A stretch of DNA of 63,684 bases, filler included, from Choristocarpus tenellus KU-1152 (Eukaryota > Protista > Phaeophyceae), in the NCBI GenBank assembly GCA_964200185.2. It is 8 parts of 8 records of this genome, joined end to end, with 100 filler letters (N's around TTAATTAATTAA, not from the genome) between each part and the next. Parts side by side here need not be neighbours in the genome. Positions count along the whole stretch, not along the records: positions 11,390 to 30,056 come from CAXNAD020000526.1; positions 30,157 to 36,427 come from CAXNAD020008517.1; positions 36,528 to 42,156 come from CAXNAD020010195.1; 5 more parts are not named here. The stretch is one strand, 5' to 3'. Under the pieces are notes generated by a model. It made no database searches. It saw nothing but the letters and a program-made list of their open reading frames with translations, and was not told the DNA's origin. A program made the translations under genes and the position numbers. Shown in pieces: positions 24,997 to 36,589 of this stretch (position 1 is the stretch's first letter; every line of letters starts with the position of its first letter).

Positions 24997-26994
24997 TCAA
25001 CTTGTCAAACACACCTCAGCCCTTGATGCCACAGGCATGTCCATGTTGCGCAGCCACTCCCTCAGAGGTTGATCATGGGGATACAGGACATGGGGGGAAC
25101 CAGCGTCAATGCATAGTGGTCCACCATACTCAACATCACACACACTACCCAGCCTACCTTTACGAACACTGTTATCCCAAGACCTTTCTCCATCCTTTCC
25201 CTCGCATCTCATTCTACTCCTGAGATACACACTGTCGACAAATTGACCCTTCCTACTTAGATCTTTCCCCTCCTTGTCCCATACGCCCCGACCCTTAATA
25301 TGCACATCCACAGCACCCCTCACAGCACCCCTCCCCTGGCCCGAGAGACATTGTTGCAGGATCTCGTTTTGGCCTTGCAACCGATCTACCTCCTCCTTGA
25401 TCCGCCGGAGATGCTCAACCTGTTCACGAGACATCTGCACCTCATCCTTCTCACGGGCAAAGCCACCCCCCTCCCCACTTACGTTCCCCAGGTCAGACCC
25501 TTCCCCCTCGCTGAACCCCCAAACCTGCCCTTTCTGTTGCCAATGCCACTCTCCTTGCTCCCGGCCCTGCTCCTCTTCCATACCACAGTGTAATCGGGAC
25601 AGGCAGTCACTCATGCGCGCTTCCACAGTGCTCTGGGCCTTCGCCTTCGCCACAGCAGCTGTTTCCCTTCGACGGGCTTCTCGGGCACAAATGCTTTTAA
25701 CCCTAGCTTCTTGTTGTGCCTGCTGCAACTTGACCCCACGGCTCCGGTAGGCCAATGTGAGGTGTTCTACTAGGCGCCAAAGTACCCTTAGGCTAGGATC
25801 TGACTTGGGGTTCCACATGTCACCACCCTCAACCACAGCATCATAGTCAACCCCATCCTCGCCCCTGTCACTACGGGAATTGCAGCTGTCTTTGCGTTTG
25901 CCTTCCTCAAGGGCAGATGACACAGTGCTCCATACTGCAGTGGCACCCCTATGGGCTTGATGTAGGGCTTCCTCTGCAGCGGCAAGGTCACTTTGGTGCT
26001 GTTGCTCCCTTGCCTCAGCCTCAGCCTTGACACTTGCAAGTTCATCACCCATGCTATTCTCAACCCCAATCGTCCCTTCCCACTTATGATCACCATCCTT
26101 CAAAGACGCCACTTCCACCTGCATTTTTTCTACCTGTGCCTGTGCCGCCTGCACCAAATGCCCTGACTCCTCAAGTCTCTTGCACAGGCCAACAACTTCT
26201 TCCTGTGCAGCAGATGCCCTTGCTCTAAGAGTCTCACACTCTGTCTTGCAGTCACCTTCTCTACTCCTCGCTCGACGTGCTTCTGTGACAGCAGCTAGAG
26301 CTCCTTGCAAGGCGCAACCGCCACTACTTTTCCCCACACCATCACTGCTGATCCCCTTACTGAAACTCGGATGTACAAACTCCTGTGTAGCTTCTTGGAT
26401 CGACACCAATTCAGCTCTACAAACAGCCAATGAGCACCGAAGATACTCCAATTCCTTCACCAGCACAATCTTTTCCTGCTCTACCTCCTTCCTTGAAGTA
26501 ACCTCGATCCCAGCTTTGTGCTCCACATCTTTAGTCAATAGCCTGGTGTTTGCCCCAGCTGTAGATGCTACAAACGAGGCAAGTTCAGTCCTAACCCTGA
26601 TAGCCTCTGCCTCGGCAGCACTCACAGTTGCCCTCATCCTCTCAGTCGCAGCCTCACTACATGACCGTTCCTCAGCCTCCCTCACCAGCCTTGAGTGTAA
26701 GACCTTGAGATCGTCCCTTAGGGTCCGTACCTCTGCCTGCAGTCTCTCTACATGTCTCTTCCCAGCAGACACCTCCAGCACTGCCGCTTCTTCTCCAGCC
26801 TGAGCCACCTCATGATCCCTCTCAAGCTTATGACATTTCCTCTCGTGGGATGCAGCCTCCGCCTGGGCCTCCCGTAGGAGACCCTCCAATTTTGCCAGCC
26901 TTCGTCTCTGGGAGTTTAACTCCCACTGGTGCTCCTCCAACTCATGCAAGAGGCGTTGATCACGACGGGTGATTGTCTCTGAGCCAATTGGGGC
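24997..26994 (-). CDS. long coiled-coil protein, terminal exon
   Basis: Inside the 671-aa ORF rich in E/A/R/L/Q heptads. ttgacaag acceptor, TGA stop. Confidence 0.85.
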   Translation of the reverse strand, partial: APIGSETITRRDQRLLHELEEHQWELNSQRRRLAKLEGLLREAQAEAASHERKCHKLERDHEVAQAGEEAAVLEVSAGKRHVERLQAEVRTLRDDLKVLHSRLVREAEERSCSEAATERMRATVSAAEAEAIRVRTELASFVASTAGANTRLLTKDVEHKAGIEVTSRKEVEQEKIVLVKELEYLRCSLAVCRAELVSIQEATQEFVHPSFSKGISSDGVGKSSGGCALQGALAAVTEARRARSREGDCKTECETLRARASAAQEEVVGLCKRLEESGHLVQAAQAQVEKMQVEVASLKDGDHKWEGTIGVENSMGDELASVKAEAEAREQQHQSDLAAAEEALHQAHRGATAVWSTVSSALEEGKRKDSCNSRSDRGEDGVDYDAVVEGGDMWNPKSDPSLRVLWRLVEHLTLAYRSRGVKLQQAQQEARVKSICAREARRRETAAVAKAKAQSTVEARMSDCLSRLHCGMEEEQGREQGEWHWQQKGQVWGFSEGEGSDLGNVSGEGGGFAREKDEVQMSREQVEHLRRIKEEVDRLQGQNEILQQCLSGQGRGAVRGAVDVHIKGRGVWDKEGKDLSRKGQFVDSVYLRSRMRCEGKDGERSWDNSVRKGRLGSVCDVEYGGPLCIDAGSPHVLYPHDQPLREWLRNMDMPVASRAEVCLTS

Positions 26995-27376
26995 CTTGTC
27001 AAAGAAGACCAAATGTTGTTGGCATGGTAAGTCTCAAAACCCAGCAGAGGTCAAGGTGTGGAGGTAGCTGGAGCAAGATCTAGGGGAAAGGATGTGTACA
27101 CTCTGGATACAAAGATGTGGCTGTTAATACCAATTCGAACAGGATGTGAACACAAAAGAAGTTATGTCTTCAGTGCTACCAAGAGTTGAAAATACAGTTC
27201 TATGAAAGAGACAAACACCAGACACCTGGAGTGATGACAACGCCCTTTGGGGTAGAGAAGAAAAGAGATAAGTCTCCAAAATGAACAGCATCCATACCTA
27301 GGGTTTTGGCATTATCATTACAATAGCACCATATATATATATATATCCTAAACTATGGACTCAATTGCAGGACTAC

Positions 27377-27565
27377 CTGGCTCAACAGGAGCGGAGAACT
27401 GATGTTGCCAGGAGCAGTTAAAGAGGCTGAGGAGGACGGAGGGGCAGAGGTGCCAGTGGCAGGTGTCTGATCCTGCCCACACTTCAGATTCTCCATGCGT
27501 ATCAAACCCATATCCACCTCATCACGGAACTGCTGCTCCCGCTTCTCCCCCTCTCGTACCACATC
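27377..27565 (-). CDS. long coiled-coil protein, internal exon
   Basis: atgtag acceptor, DVVREGEKREQQFRDEV...LLLSQ, CAG|gtagtc donor, phase 0/0. Confidence 0.7.
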
Positions 27566-28100
27566 CTACATACACATAAACATATATACATATACACACA
27601 CATAAACACACATTAACATACACACACACACAGCATTGCTCATCAGATGGGCGACTTGGTGCTGAGAGGCTTGGGTGGATGATATGAAATTCAGCTGAAC
27701 AAGTTTAATTTACCTCCAAGTCATATAGTGGTTCTCAGGGTTGGAAGGGCACACGACTGGTATGAACGGAGTAGATTGGGGGCTCATCTTTGATTTTGAA
27801 TTTGTCTTTGTGTCCAGGGCAGGGGAGTCTCAACATTGAGCGAAACTGGTTTAAACTAGGGAGATCAGGCATACTGAAAATAATGAAAAAACACATCTAC
27901 AAAATGCACCAAACTAGCTGAAATCATCATACACATTTCAAGGGCCAAACACAACTATAGTGATGCCTCACTAACAAATAATAATATATTATTCAATCGG
28001 AATGCAATGCGGAGCGCTGTGTCATGCTGGGGAGTATTTCACCAGCTACCCATTCCATGAAGTAAAGACTATCTCACACCTCTTTTTTGGTCTCACTCAC

Positions 28101-28258
28101 CTTGAGCTCAACAAGTTGACCGAGCAAATTTTCTAGTGGAGCGATGTCCGCGCCCTCCCCTTTCCTAACACCAGCCAGGCGTGTCTGAAGCTGTTGTACT
28201 TGATCCCGTAGCTGAGAAATAACCATGTCCTTTTCTAACCCTTCCAGGAACAGCTCCT
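28101..28258 (-). CDS. long coiled-coil protein, internal exon
   Basis: ttttgtag acceptor, EELFLEGLEKDMVISQLRDQVQQLQ...VELK, AAG|gtgagt donor. Confidence 0.75.
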
Positions 28259-28332
28259 CTACAAAACACAAAACATGTATATCGAGGAAGGCATCAAGGA
28301 CAGGGAGGATAGAGGGCAAGCAACGGGGAGGT

Positions 28333-28590
28333 GAGCCAAAGTATCTTAGGGGGTAGAGCCGCGTCCATTTGGGGCCAAAATCCAATGTTGCGATTTCATT
28401 GTAATTTTGGCTATCTTGTTTGTTAGGAAGCGTCAATATCCTTGTTCCAGACACACCTTTTCATATCATATATATATTTACCTACTCCGAAATGTCTTGG
28501 AATAGGAAAATGTCATAAAAACTCTAAGGGAAGCCAAGCCCCAAATAGACAAACAGGGCAAAACTCGTACCCTCTAAGATACTTTCACTC
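28333..28590 (+). mobile_element. MITE family A, intronic
   Basis: Complete TIRs and a perfect 4-bp TSD AGGT. Confidence 0.92.
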
Positions 28591-29506
28591 AGGTGAAAAA
28601 TTGATACATGGCCAAGATGTCAAAGGGACTGGAGGATTGTACAGATTGATGTCAGTTGTGACCTCTGCTCGGCAGTGATGGTTTGGAATGTGAAAAATGA
28701 GACTGTACAACAACAGGTCAAAAAAATCGTGGCCTGAGGACAACAGATGGTAACCTCTCTGGGTTAAACAGAGAGCCACTAAGGTATGATAGAAGTAGAA
28801 CAGAAAATAGTGCAGTGGCCATGATGAATGATGCAATACTATTGTCTGAGCTCCAGCAATTTCGTTCATAGCGAGTCCAATCTGCACCTCCCATGTCAAC
28901 AAGAAAACTATTTTTTTGGGGGGGGGGAAGACATCAATGTTGTCACAAATGTCCCCTGGCATGGCAAGCATATAAAGTTTTGACCAAAATCAGTGCTCAG
29001 CATCCAACCCTAGACGATATCTTCAGCAAGGGTCGCTTCTATCATATCAGTGAGAATGGTCTGCATTCACAGAAGGCTGTCTATGTCCAACTCCTGCAAC
29101 AGGTCCATCAGTATCTTAGAATGCAAGAGGTTCATCAATCTATGTCTTCTCCTCTGCCGCCCTCTTACATCCCCCATAATCTATATTGCTTAAATTGAGC
29201 CAGTCAAACAACAGTATTTTATCCCCAACTGCTCAAGCTCATCGACACATGCATTCTCCTTGCGTTACCTCAAATAGTTACAGTCCTACATATCTTCAGA
29301 CCCACCCCATCAACCACACCACTCCCAAACAACTCTACAGCACCGAAAGCTGTGTAAAGCAAGTTCGACTCACAAGAGGACAAGTCGAAACTCCTTACAT
29401 GAAACCAATGCCATAGTCATGCCATAGTCATGCCATAGTCATGCCCTGGTATATGTTTGCGTGAGTGAGAAAGCAAACATTACCTTCAGTGGTCAGTTAA
29501 ACTCAC

Positions 29507-30056
29507 CTGCACTCTGACCCTTAGCATTATCACCACTTTCCCCACCTGGCTGCACCATGTAACCTCTGAAATTGGACTTGGCAGTTACCTCACCAACAAT
29601 CGGATTTACCTCCTCCTGCAATAGTGAACAACTGTCACCATTCTTGCCTTGTCTCTCACCCCCTACAGCACAATGTTGCACGCCCCCAGAACCTTGATCC
29701 TCTCCTCCAATATTTTCTTTATCCTCCTCGCATCCTAATCCCTCAGCCTCCTCATAGGTCTCCCCCTCCCCCACCCTCCTCCCATCAACTTTTCCTCCAT
29801 CTGCTGGAGATCCTGTATAACCATGGACATCGCCAATGCGGGAGGAGGGTGTGGATTGTTCCCTTTCCCTTAGTTGGCCCCTTTCCCTCAGCTTCTGCCT
29901 TAGTTGGCCAACCTCTTGGCGCAAGTCATCTATTAGGATATCCCTCTCCAGCGCCCCCACGAATGAATGATCTGGATTAACTGCCCAGCGTGTGGGTGAA
30001 GAGGGTATGTAACCATCAAGGCTGCCCTGGTCAATGCCAACAAGGTGTTCATCTTT
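29507..30056 (-). CDS. long coiled-coil protein, exon cut by contig edge
   Basis: Frame open from the contig end through GALERDILIDDLRQEVGQLRQKL... to a G|gtgagt donor (phase 1, matches next exon). Confidence 0.75.
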
Positions 30057-30156
30057 NNNNNNNNNNNNNNNNNNNNNNNNNNNNNNNNNNNNNNNNNNNN
30101 TTAATTAATTAANNNNNNNNNNNNNNNNNNNNNNNNNNNNNNNNNNNNNNNNNNNN
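30057..30156. other. artificial contig-joining spacer
   Basis: N44-TTAATTAATTAA-N44. Confidence 0.97.
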
Positions 30157-30265
30157 CCCCTCCCCCTCCCATCAATCTCTCAGTTTGCATTACTTAGAAA
30201 TTTCCAGGATTAATCTCTCAGGCAAAAGCAGCCCGCCCCTCGAAGAAGGCTTAACCTCAACTACT

Positions 30266-30428
30266 GAACCTAACCCTAACCCTAACCCTAACTCCGTCAC
30301 AGAACTCTAACTCTAACCCTAACCCTAACCCTAACCCTAACCCTACTGATCCCAACAGATAGTAGTGCCGACATCCTAAAAATGGGCAAGATCACCTAAT
30401 CCTAACCCTAACCCTAACCCTAACCCCT
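30266..30428. repeat. interrupted (CCCTAA)n telomere-type repeat tracts
   Basis: Three short CCCTAA runs separated by unique sequence. Confidence 0.85.
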
Positions 30429-30477
30429 CACGCAATCTCTTTCATGCAAGAAATCAGGGTAGCTGCTTGCTTATCAC

Positions 30478-30540
30478 ACAACAACAACAACAACAACAAA
30501 AACGCATCCGTCAACATCAACATCAACATCAACATCAACA
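30478..30540. repeat. (AAC)n and (AACATC)n microsatellites
   Basis: Direct observation. Confidence 0.85.
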
Positions 30541-30754
30541 CGATCGATCAGCATCAGCCGACTTTCCGGCACACGTGTTACCAGGTCGAAAGGAACGTTA
30601 TCTCGATGAAAAGGGGGTTTCCTACACCTTGAGAGATGTTTACGTGCATTGAACATGATCGCCTGTGGTTAGTACACATGTGAGGTACATTTCGATCGTC
30701 GTATATACAAACTCATTAATGTGTTTCAAGGTTGCTGTAATGGAGGATTCATGT

Positions 30755-31019
30755 GTATTAGGGATAAAAGTCATCCTATCAATATCAAACCTGATCACCT
30801 TCAGTCTGCATTATGAATAACAGCCGTCCTATCAATAATAAACCTGATCACCTTCTTCAGTCTGTATTATGAATAAAGGCCATCCTATCCATATCAAACC
30901 TGATCACCTTCTTCAGTTCTGTACTATGAATAAAGGCCATCCTATCAATATCAAACCTGATCACCTTCTTCAGTCTGTATTATGAATAAAGGCCATCCTA
31001 TCAATACCAAACCTGATCA
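30755..31019. repeat. about 56-bp minisatellite (about 4.6 copies) overlapping the PP2C exon 3 donor
   Basis: aaacctgatca recurs at 30787, 30840, 30896, 30953 and 31009. Confidence 0.9.
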
Positions 31020-31109
31020 ATGCTTTCTCGTAATCTCCCTCCTTAAACAACTCCAGCGCCACCAGCTCATCCTCCAGGTGATTTTGAACAAATAACGCAA
31101 CCTCTTTCC
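31013..31109 (-). CDS. PP2C (PPM1G-like) phosphatase, exon 3; gene continues beyond what could be traced
   Basis: tggcag acceptor. GKEVALFVQNHLEDELVALELFKEGDYEKALI is the expected sequence after DGHGG. Confidence 0.85.
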
Positions 31110-32086
31110 CTGCCACGATTCACAAAGACAAGACCAAGTCGAGAAACTATCACAATTAGTATCATCACACACTCATGCAGAAATCATGTAGAAATCATGT
31201 AACATAATGTTAACATAGTGTTGTTTGTATGCGTAATTAAGAGGACAAACACATATGCAAACGTCAATTCTTTTGACTGTGTATTATAAAGTTTGTAACC
31301 CTAACCCTATAATCCAATATGTGTATGTCTTTCCGCATGGATTATAATATTTTTTTTTAAACATGTACAACAGCAGAATCAATACACACATGCATATATT
31401 TACTAATGTAATACATGCATATTTTCACAGGTTCATGTAGACTAGACACATGTGTGGGTACACCAGAGTCAGGTTAGTGAGTGAGACGGCAGCAAATCAT
31501 CCACAGGTACAATTCAGTTATGCCAGAGTGTTCCTCTACAACAGCACGCAGCAGTAAACGCCCGTTCCACGGAATCACTCCACAAAAAACACTCAGCAAG
31601 ACACATCAACACCCGGATGTCATCAAAACCATGTCATTGTCTCAAATTGTACTCTTTTAGAGTATGTCATGATGAAAAATAAAAGAAATGAAAGCACACA
31701 GCCGTAGTCCAATTCCACTTCAACATATTACACAAACGGAAGAGGCGATAGACAACCCACGAGAGATCATCCCTACCACATCAAATTGACCCACTGAAAG
31801 GCAACCCCTCTAGGTAGGGTTAGAGTTAGGCTTAGAATGATCCCAGTCCACCTTCAGAGGTTCTTCATAATCTCATGCATGAGCACAATTGTGGCAGAAT
31901 TACATCCCTACCAACCCCCTGCCTGCTTGCATGTTTCCATACAAGGACTGAACCCTATTGCTGAGCAATAGTACCTGAGGGAGAATGAACAGGCCATCGT
32001 GGGCGCAAAAAATGCTCAATTTCTGGTGTAGGCAAACAGCTGTACTGGCAGTCTACTTCCGGAGACCCAATAAATCATGAACTAAC

Positions 32087-32282
32087 CTCCATGCCCATCA
32101 AACACCCCAAAGAGTCGGATCTTTGGGGATGAGGATAGGGATGACGACAGAGATAGCTTTACCCCGTCAACTTCATTGTGCTGTACTTCCTCCTCGTGGG
32201 TATCAGCTGTGTCCTTGCCAACACGGTCAACTCCAACGTCCAGGAGGGCCAGGTGGGCATCCTCCATGTTCCGACGCCAGCC
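32087..32282 (-). CDS. PP2C phosphatase, exon 2
   Basis: GWRRNMEDAH and FGVFDGHGG PPM motifs. catacag acceptor, G|gttagt donor. Confidence 0.92.
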
Positions 32283-33286
32283 CTGTATGGACCGATTACC
32301 AAGTAAGCAGTGTTTCGGAAACGGGGTTTGAGGACTCTCACTGAGGTTAGGTACTGAGAGTGGTGAGAGAGGAGGGCGGGAGGGGGGGAGGGGGCAAGAG
32401 AATTGCGTAGAGGCTGACCGATTAGCCGCATGCTCGGCTCTTCTCATAGGGATAAGAGACAAAGGTACCAAGTTGCATCGATTGTATTATTGTTCTGGCC
32501 AAGCAGCAGACTCGATAGAATAAACATAGACAAGGGGAGCAGATATTTGGGCTTCAGGACAGATTCAAGAGGGTGAGAAAAAACATTTCTCTCAAGAAAA
32601 TTGTACGGTTATCATGATGTCATGCAATGTATCTCTTGCCAATTCTCCATTGAGCGTGGACCTGAGGACCTGGGATAAGCAAATTCGGTGTGTTGGAAAG
32701 TGGGTGACTGATGGGGAATGAGGAAGCAGGTCCCTAGGAGAAGCACAGGGATTGGCGCGTTTTAATGTTGACGGACGTAAAAGAGTAAGATCTAAGAAAA
32801 GGAAGGGTAACGGGAGTGACCCAGGAATTGGGGCATTGAACAAATGTGGACCTCTAGGAGGTTGAGACGAATAACGCCAAAGTTGACCAATATATTGAAA
32901 TCAGTTGCTCGCGCAAAAGAAAGATGAAGAGCCAAGTCCACATTTGGGATGGGTCATTATGGTATGCTCCAGAGTGTGGTGGAAAATAATTACATACAAA
33001 CACTGCTGAGTTGCAAGCTGGTGTGCAAATTAATCCTGTGTATCATCTTCCACAATTGTTTGTAACCCTTGATTTGTCGAATAGACAATCTGCCTCGATT
33101 TCTCTTCACCCTCCACGATAATAAGAGAGAAAGGATGATGAAATCGACAAAAGAGTCACCGAAACATACATGACTAAGTTGACAAGCACGTGCCCCAACG
33201 CAACGAGGACGAGGCCTATAAATATACATCTGAATCCAACCACAAAACTCGATGAGAAACGGACCACAACGTATAGAGCCTCTTAC

Positions 33287-33376
33287 CTGCATAGACGATA
33301 CTCCAAAAATGACCTCGTCATCTGACCCATCCTCCGAGAACTTTTGCGTGTCCGCCTTACTGAGAAAAACGCCCAT
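33287..33376 (-). CDS. PP2C phosphatase, exon 1
   Basis: MGVFLSKADTQKFSEDGSDDEVIFGVSSMQ is a PPM1A/G-type N-terminus (MG...S myristoylation-like). CAG|gtaag donor. Confidence 0.92.
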
Positions 33377-35639
33377 TCCTGAACCTTTCCTTCTCTTCGA
33401 TCTCTGCTTTCCTCCTCGACGGCGCGAGCAGCGTCGGAGGACTACAACAGGCGGGTGATAAAGAGACCCACTCACACCCAAGCACAGGATAGACCCTATT
33501 GTTGCAACTGCGAGAGATACGTGTAGTGTTTCGTGTACGGATTTGCACACAGATACTAGTCTCAATCAGCATATCTGCTGGAAGGGGGGTAGTGTTTGGT
33601 TGACAAGGCGTACTAGTTAGGGTTAGGGAATAGGGTTGTAGTTGAGTCGGGGAAATTACATACCATATCCTACAGTTTCGCGGATTGATATATTTTGTAG
33701 ATCAAAATATCACTAAAAATCCCAACCTGTCATCAAACACACTCCTTCACTAATTCGCATACAAAAATGAAGTATAATGCAGATATTATCTTATCAATAT
33801 ATATCAATATATTCCTCTATAACACATACTTAGTACGCTACTATCTTGATTTATTTTCCTTGTACATACCATCCCACCAGTTGGTCCTTCGTCGAATCCT
33901 ATCTTGAAACCAAGTTCACCTAGTTCCATAATTAAACAAATCGCTTTTGGTCGGTCATTTAAAAAATATGTAGCATTTGTTCTATGTATATAGCGACAGG
34001 TAGGATCATCGATCTTTTCCCTTTTTATTAGGTATAATATTATTATGACGAAAGAGATGTTGACGTTGTGTAGATGTGATGGAAGGATAATACTATATAT
34101 ACTTTCTTATGTTGAATTGGGTTTTCACCCGACACATACATCTCCGAAATGTGAGAGGGTATAAAAATATCTAATCAAGACTTTCATGTAACGGAAAGAA
34201 GTGTAGAATCGTTGTAGTATGCAAGACAGTATGGTATGTGAAGAATTTGTAACAGTCACGCATCGGACAACAATATCAGCATCTGAGTACTGATGGGCTA
34301 GGAGGGTCTCGACTGATTACTGATATTATCTCTCTTCTCGACCCCCTGGACTATGAACAGTTTCAACTTGGTGTAGCAGTCCTCTCCTTCTTTCATGTTT
34401 TCATAGATGCAACTCAACTCTTCTTGGTGGTGCAGATGATAATAGTCCTTGACCGTTATTGACCTAAAGTTAACTAGAGGTACCCAGTTGCATTTTGAGG
34501 ATGTTGGCAAATGCGTAAAATTCGGCTTTGTAGAAATAAATGCCTATTGAGACTATCCTGAATTCTGTCGAAAACCTTCAAACATCAAGAGAAACCAACG
34601 TTCTTAAGTCAAATCTTAGTACTTCATCCATCGAACTAAGAGAGAAATACTAAAGATTACAAAAATGGGTTAAAATGCAAAACATACAAAACCTGGGAAC
34701 CTCTCGTTTACTTTTACTAATAGTAGTATTCTTTTATTTGTACCTATATTTCAATTCCTGATATTCTTCGGACTTTTGTAGTAGAACGTTTGTTGTTTTC
34801 TCAACTTCAAGTTTCTTCTCATTCATCTGCAAAATGTCAGTGGGGATAATAAAATACAGAGTCTGTGTGAGTGCCATCTTCCACAGAAGGTATAAACCTA
34901 TCTTGAAGATTCTGATATTCATACGACATTTGTTCTTGTGTGATGAAGGAAACATCCGCTTAAAGTAAGATCGGGTGGTTTTGAATGACCTTACCAAAAA
35001 ACCCTCATTCAGTTACCACTGGAACACTCCTTTCCCGGGTGATCTTCTGGGGGATTGCTCTCCCTCTTGACTTCTCTCTCTCCTTTTCCTTGCCTCCTGT
35101 GGGTCTTCCCGCTCCCCTTCATTACGAAGAACCTGTTGGCTTGTTTCCATCTGTTTCACAGTGGCGACGACGGCAATCGTTCTGAAGTGGGAGAGTACTT
35201 TTACAGTACTTTGAGGGAAACTCTGAGTATATTGCCTGTACTTTGAGCACCACATATGCCATATCATTTTGATTGGCATATAGTTCGATCAAGGAGAAGA
35301 CGGAGTACGTCCCAGACTACCGCAAACCATTTGCAGAGCTTCAGGCGGAAGAATACAAAGAAAACGAACCAGATGAACAACTATTGCCGCCATTTCACGA
35401 CCAAAATCCCTTATGCATTAACTTAAGGAAAGTCCGAGAGACACACCAATAAGAATAACTGACTCTATTTTGGAAACAATAAAACAAAAAACACTACTAT
35501 TAGTAAAGATAAATAGAGTTGACCGCCCTAAACTGGTGTTATGAAGGTTGTTTAGAACAAGGGGAGAGTCCCACGGGTCAGTCAAGCCCCATCTATCCCA
35601 CCAACCGATGCCTCCGGCTTAAACTGAGCAACACACCTT

Positions 35640-35812
35640 CAGATTGCGATTCGTGCAGTGTACAGCACAGTCGGTTGCAGACATGCCATCACTGCTCCCT
35701 TCCTACCTCAAGCCCTCAGACCCCCTACCACCCACCCCATAAATTGCCAGCTCATCCAGGAACTGCTGTGCCTGCGTCCCTAGACAACTAAAGCTTTCCA
35801 CCACAAGACTTG
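35640..35812 (-). mobile_element. CRE/REL-type LINE fragment
   Basis: SLVVESFSCLGTQAQQFLDELAIYGVGGRG, homologous to 11836-11970. Confidence 0.6.
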
Positions 35813-36427
35813 TTGAGGAAGAATAACCAATATAATATTGTGAGGAATAATCAATATAATAATTATATTTCTTCACTACTTTACCATTGTTAGTGATTGT
35901 CATGCCAACTACTACTACTGCTACTATTAATGTTGCAACATCAAATATGTACTATATTCTTATCAATATTCGTACAATGTAATGTACTCATTAGATACGA
36001 TCTCTTCAATTTAACTATACTGTATATCTGCACCATTCAGAACAATAGTGACGATGTGTATACTTCCATACACAATACACTTCCAACCACGATAACATGT
36101 ACAATAAATAAAATGATATCCTCCTACAGAACAAATCAGTGTGGGGGGTGGTCACCACTACAAACAAGATTTGGGGGAGGAGGTGGAGAGACCAAAGGTG
36201 GGATACCGGAACTCAATGTCCAGGAAAGCATTTTATATTCATGGTAGACATATCTATGGGTAATGCTGCTCTATTACTACATGATACTATATACTTCGGA
36301 TGATGTCAAGTTTCCCATACACATCAGTAAAATGCCAGAGGACGTATCATTCAGAGGCTGAGAGTATCTGGGGGGGGAGGGGGGTCTACACCAATACCCC
36401 TCACTAGGAGAAGTGAAATTGCATTGT

Positions 36428-36527
36428 NNNNNNNNNNNNNNNNNNNNNNNNNNNNNNNNNNNNNNNNNNNNTTAATTAATTAANNNNNNNNNNNNNNNNN
36501 NNNNNNNNNNNNNNNNNNNNNNNNNNN
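36428..36527. other. artificial contig-joining spacer
   Basis: N44-TTAATTAATTAA-N44. Confidence 0.97.
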
Positions 36528-36589
36528 TCGCAACATTGTATTTTGACCCCCAAATGGACACAGCTCTATCCTCTTAGATACTTTGGCTC
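36528..36589 (-). mobile_element. MITE family A end, cut by contig edge
   Basis: caaatggacacagctctatcctcttagatactttggctc. Confidence 0.75.

Noticed and set aside
25274-26803. Long + strand ORFs (158 aa and 207 aa)
   Set aside because: Antisense shadows of the coiled-coil exon.
30266-30428. True chromosome telomere
   Set aside because: The tracts are short, interrupted and flanked by unique sequence, within the span of an unfinished gene.
30560-30665. PP2C exon 4 (PFHRDNV resembles the expected FHRMD)
   Set aside because: No acceptor gave a convincing in-phase continuation, and the frame runs into microsatellites.
30755-31019. CRISPR-like array
   Set aside because: The units are contiguous near-identical repeats with no unique spacers, there are no cas genes, and the context is a eukaryotic intron.
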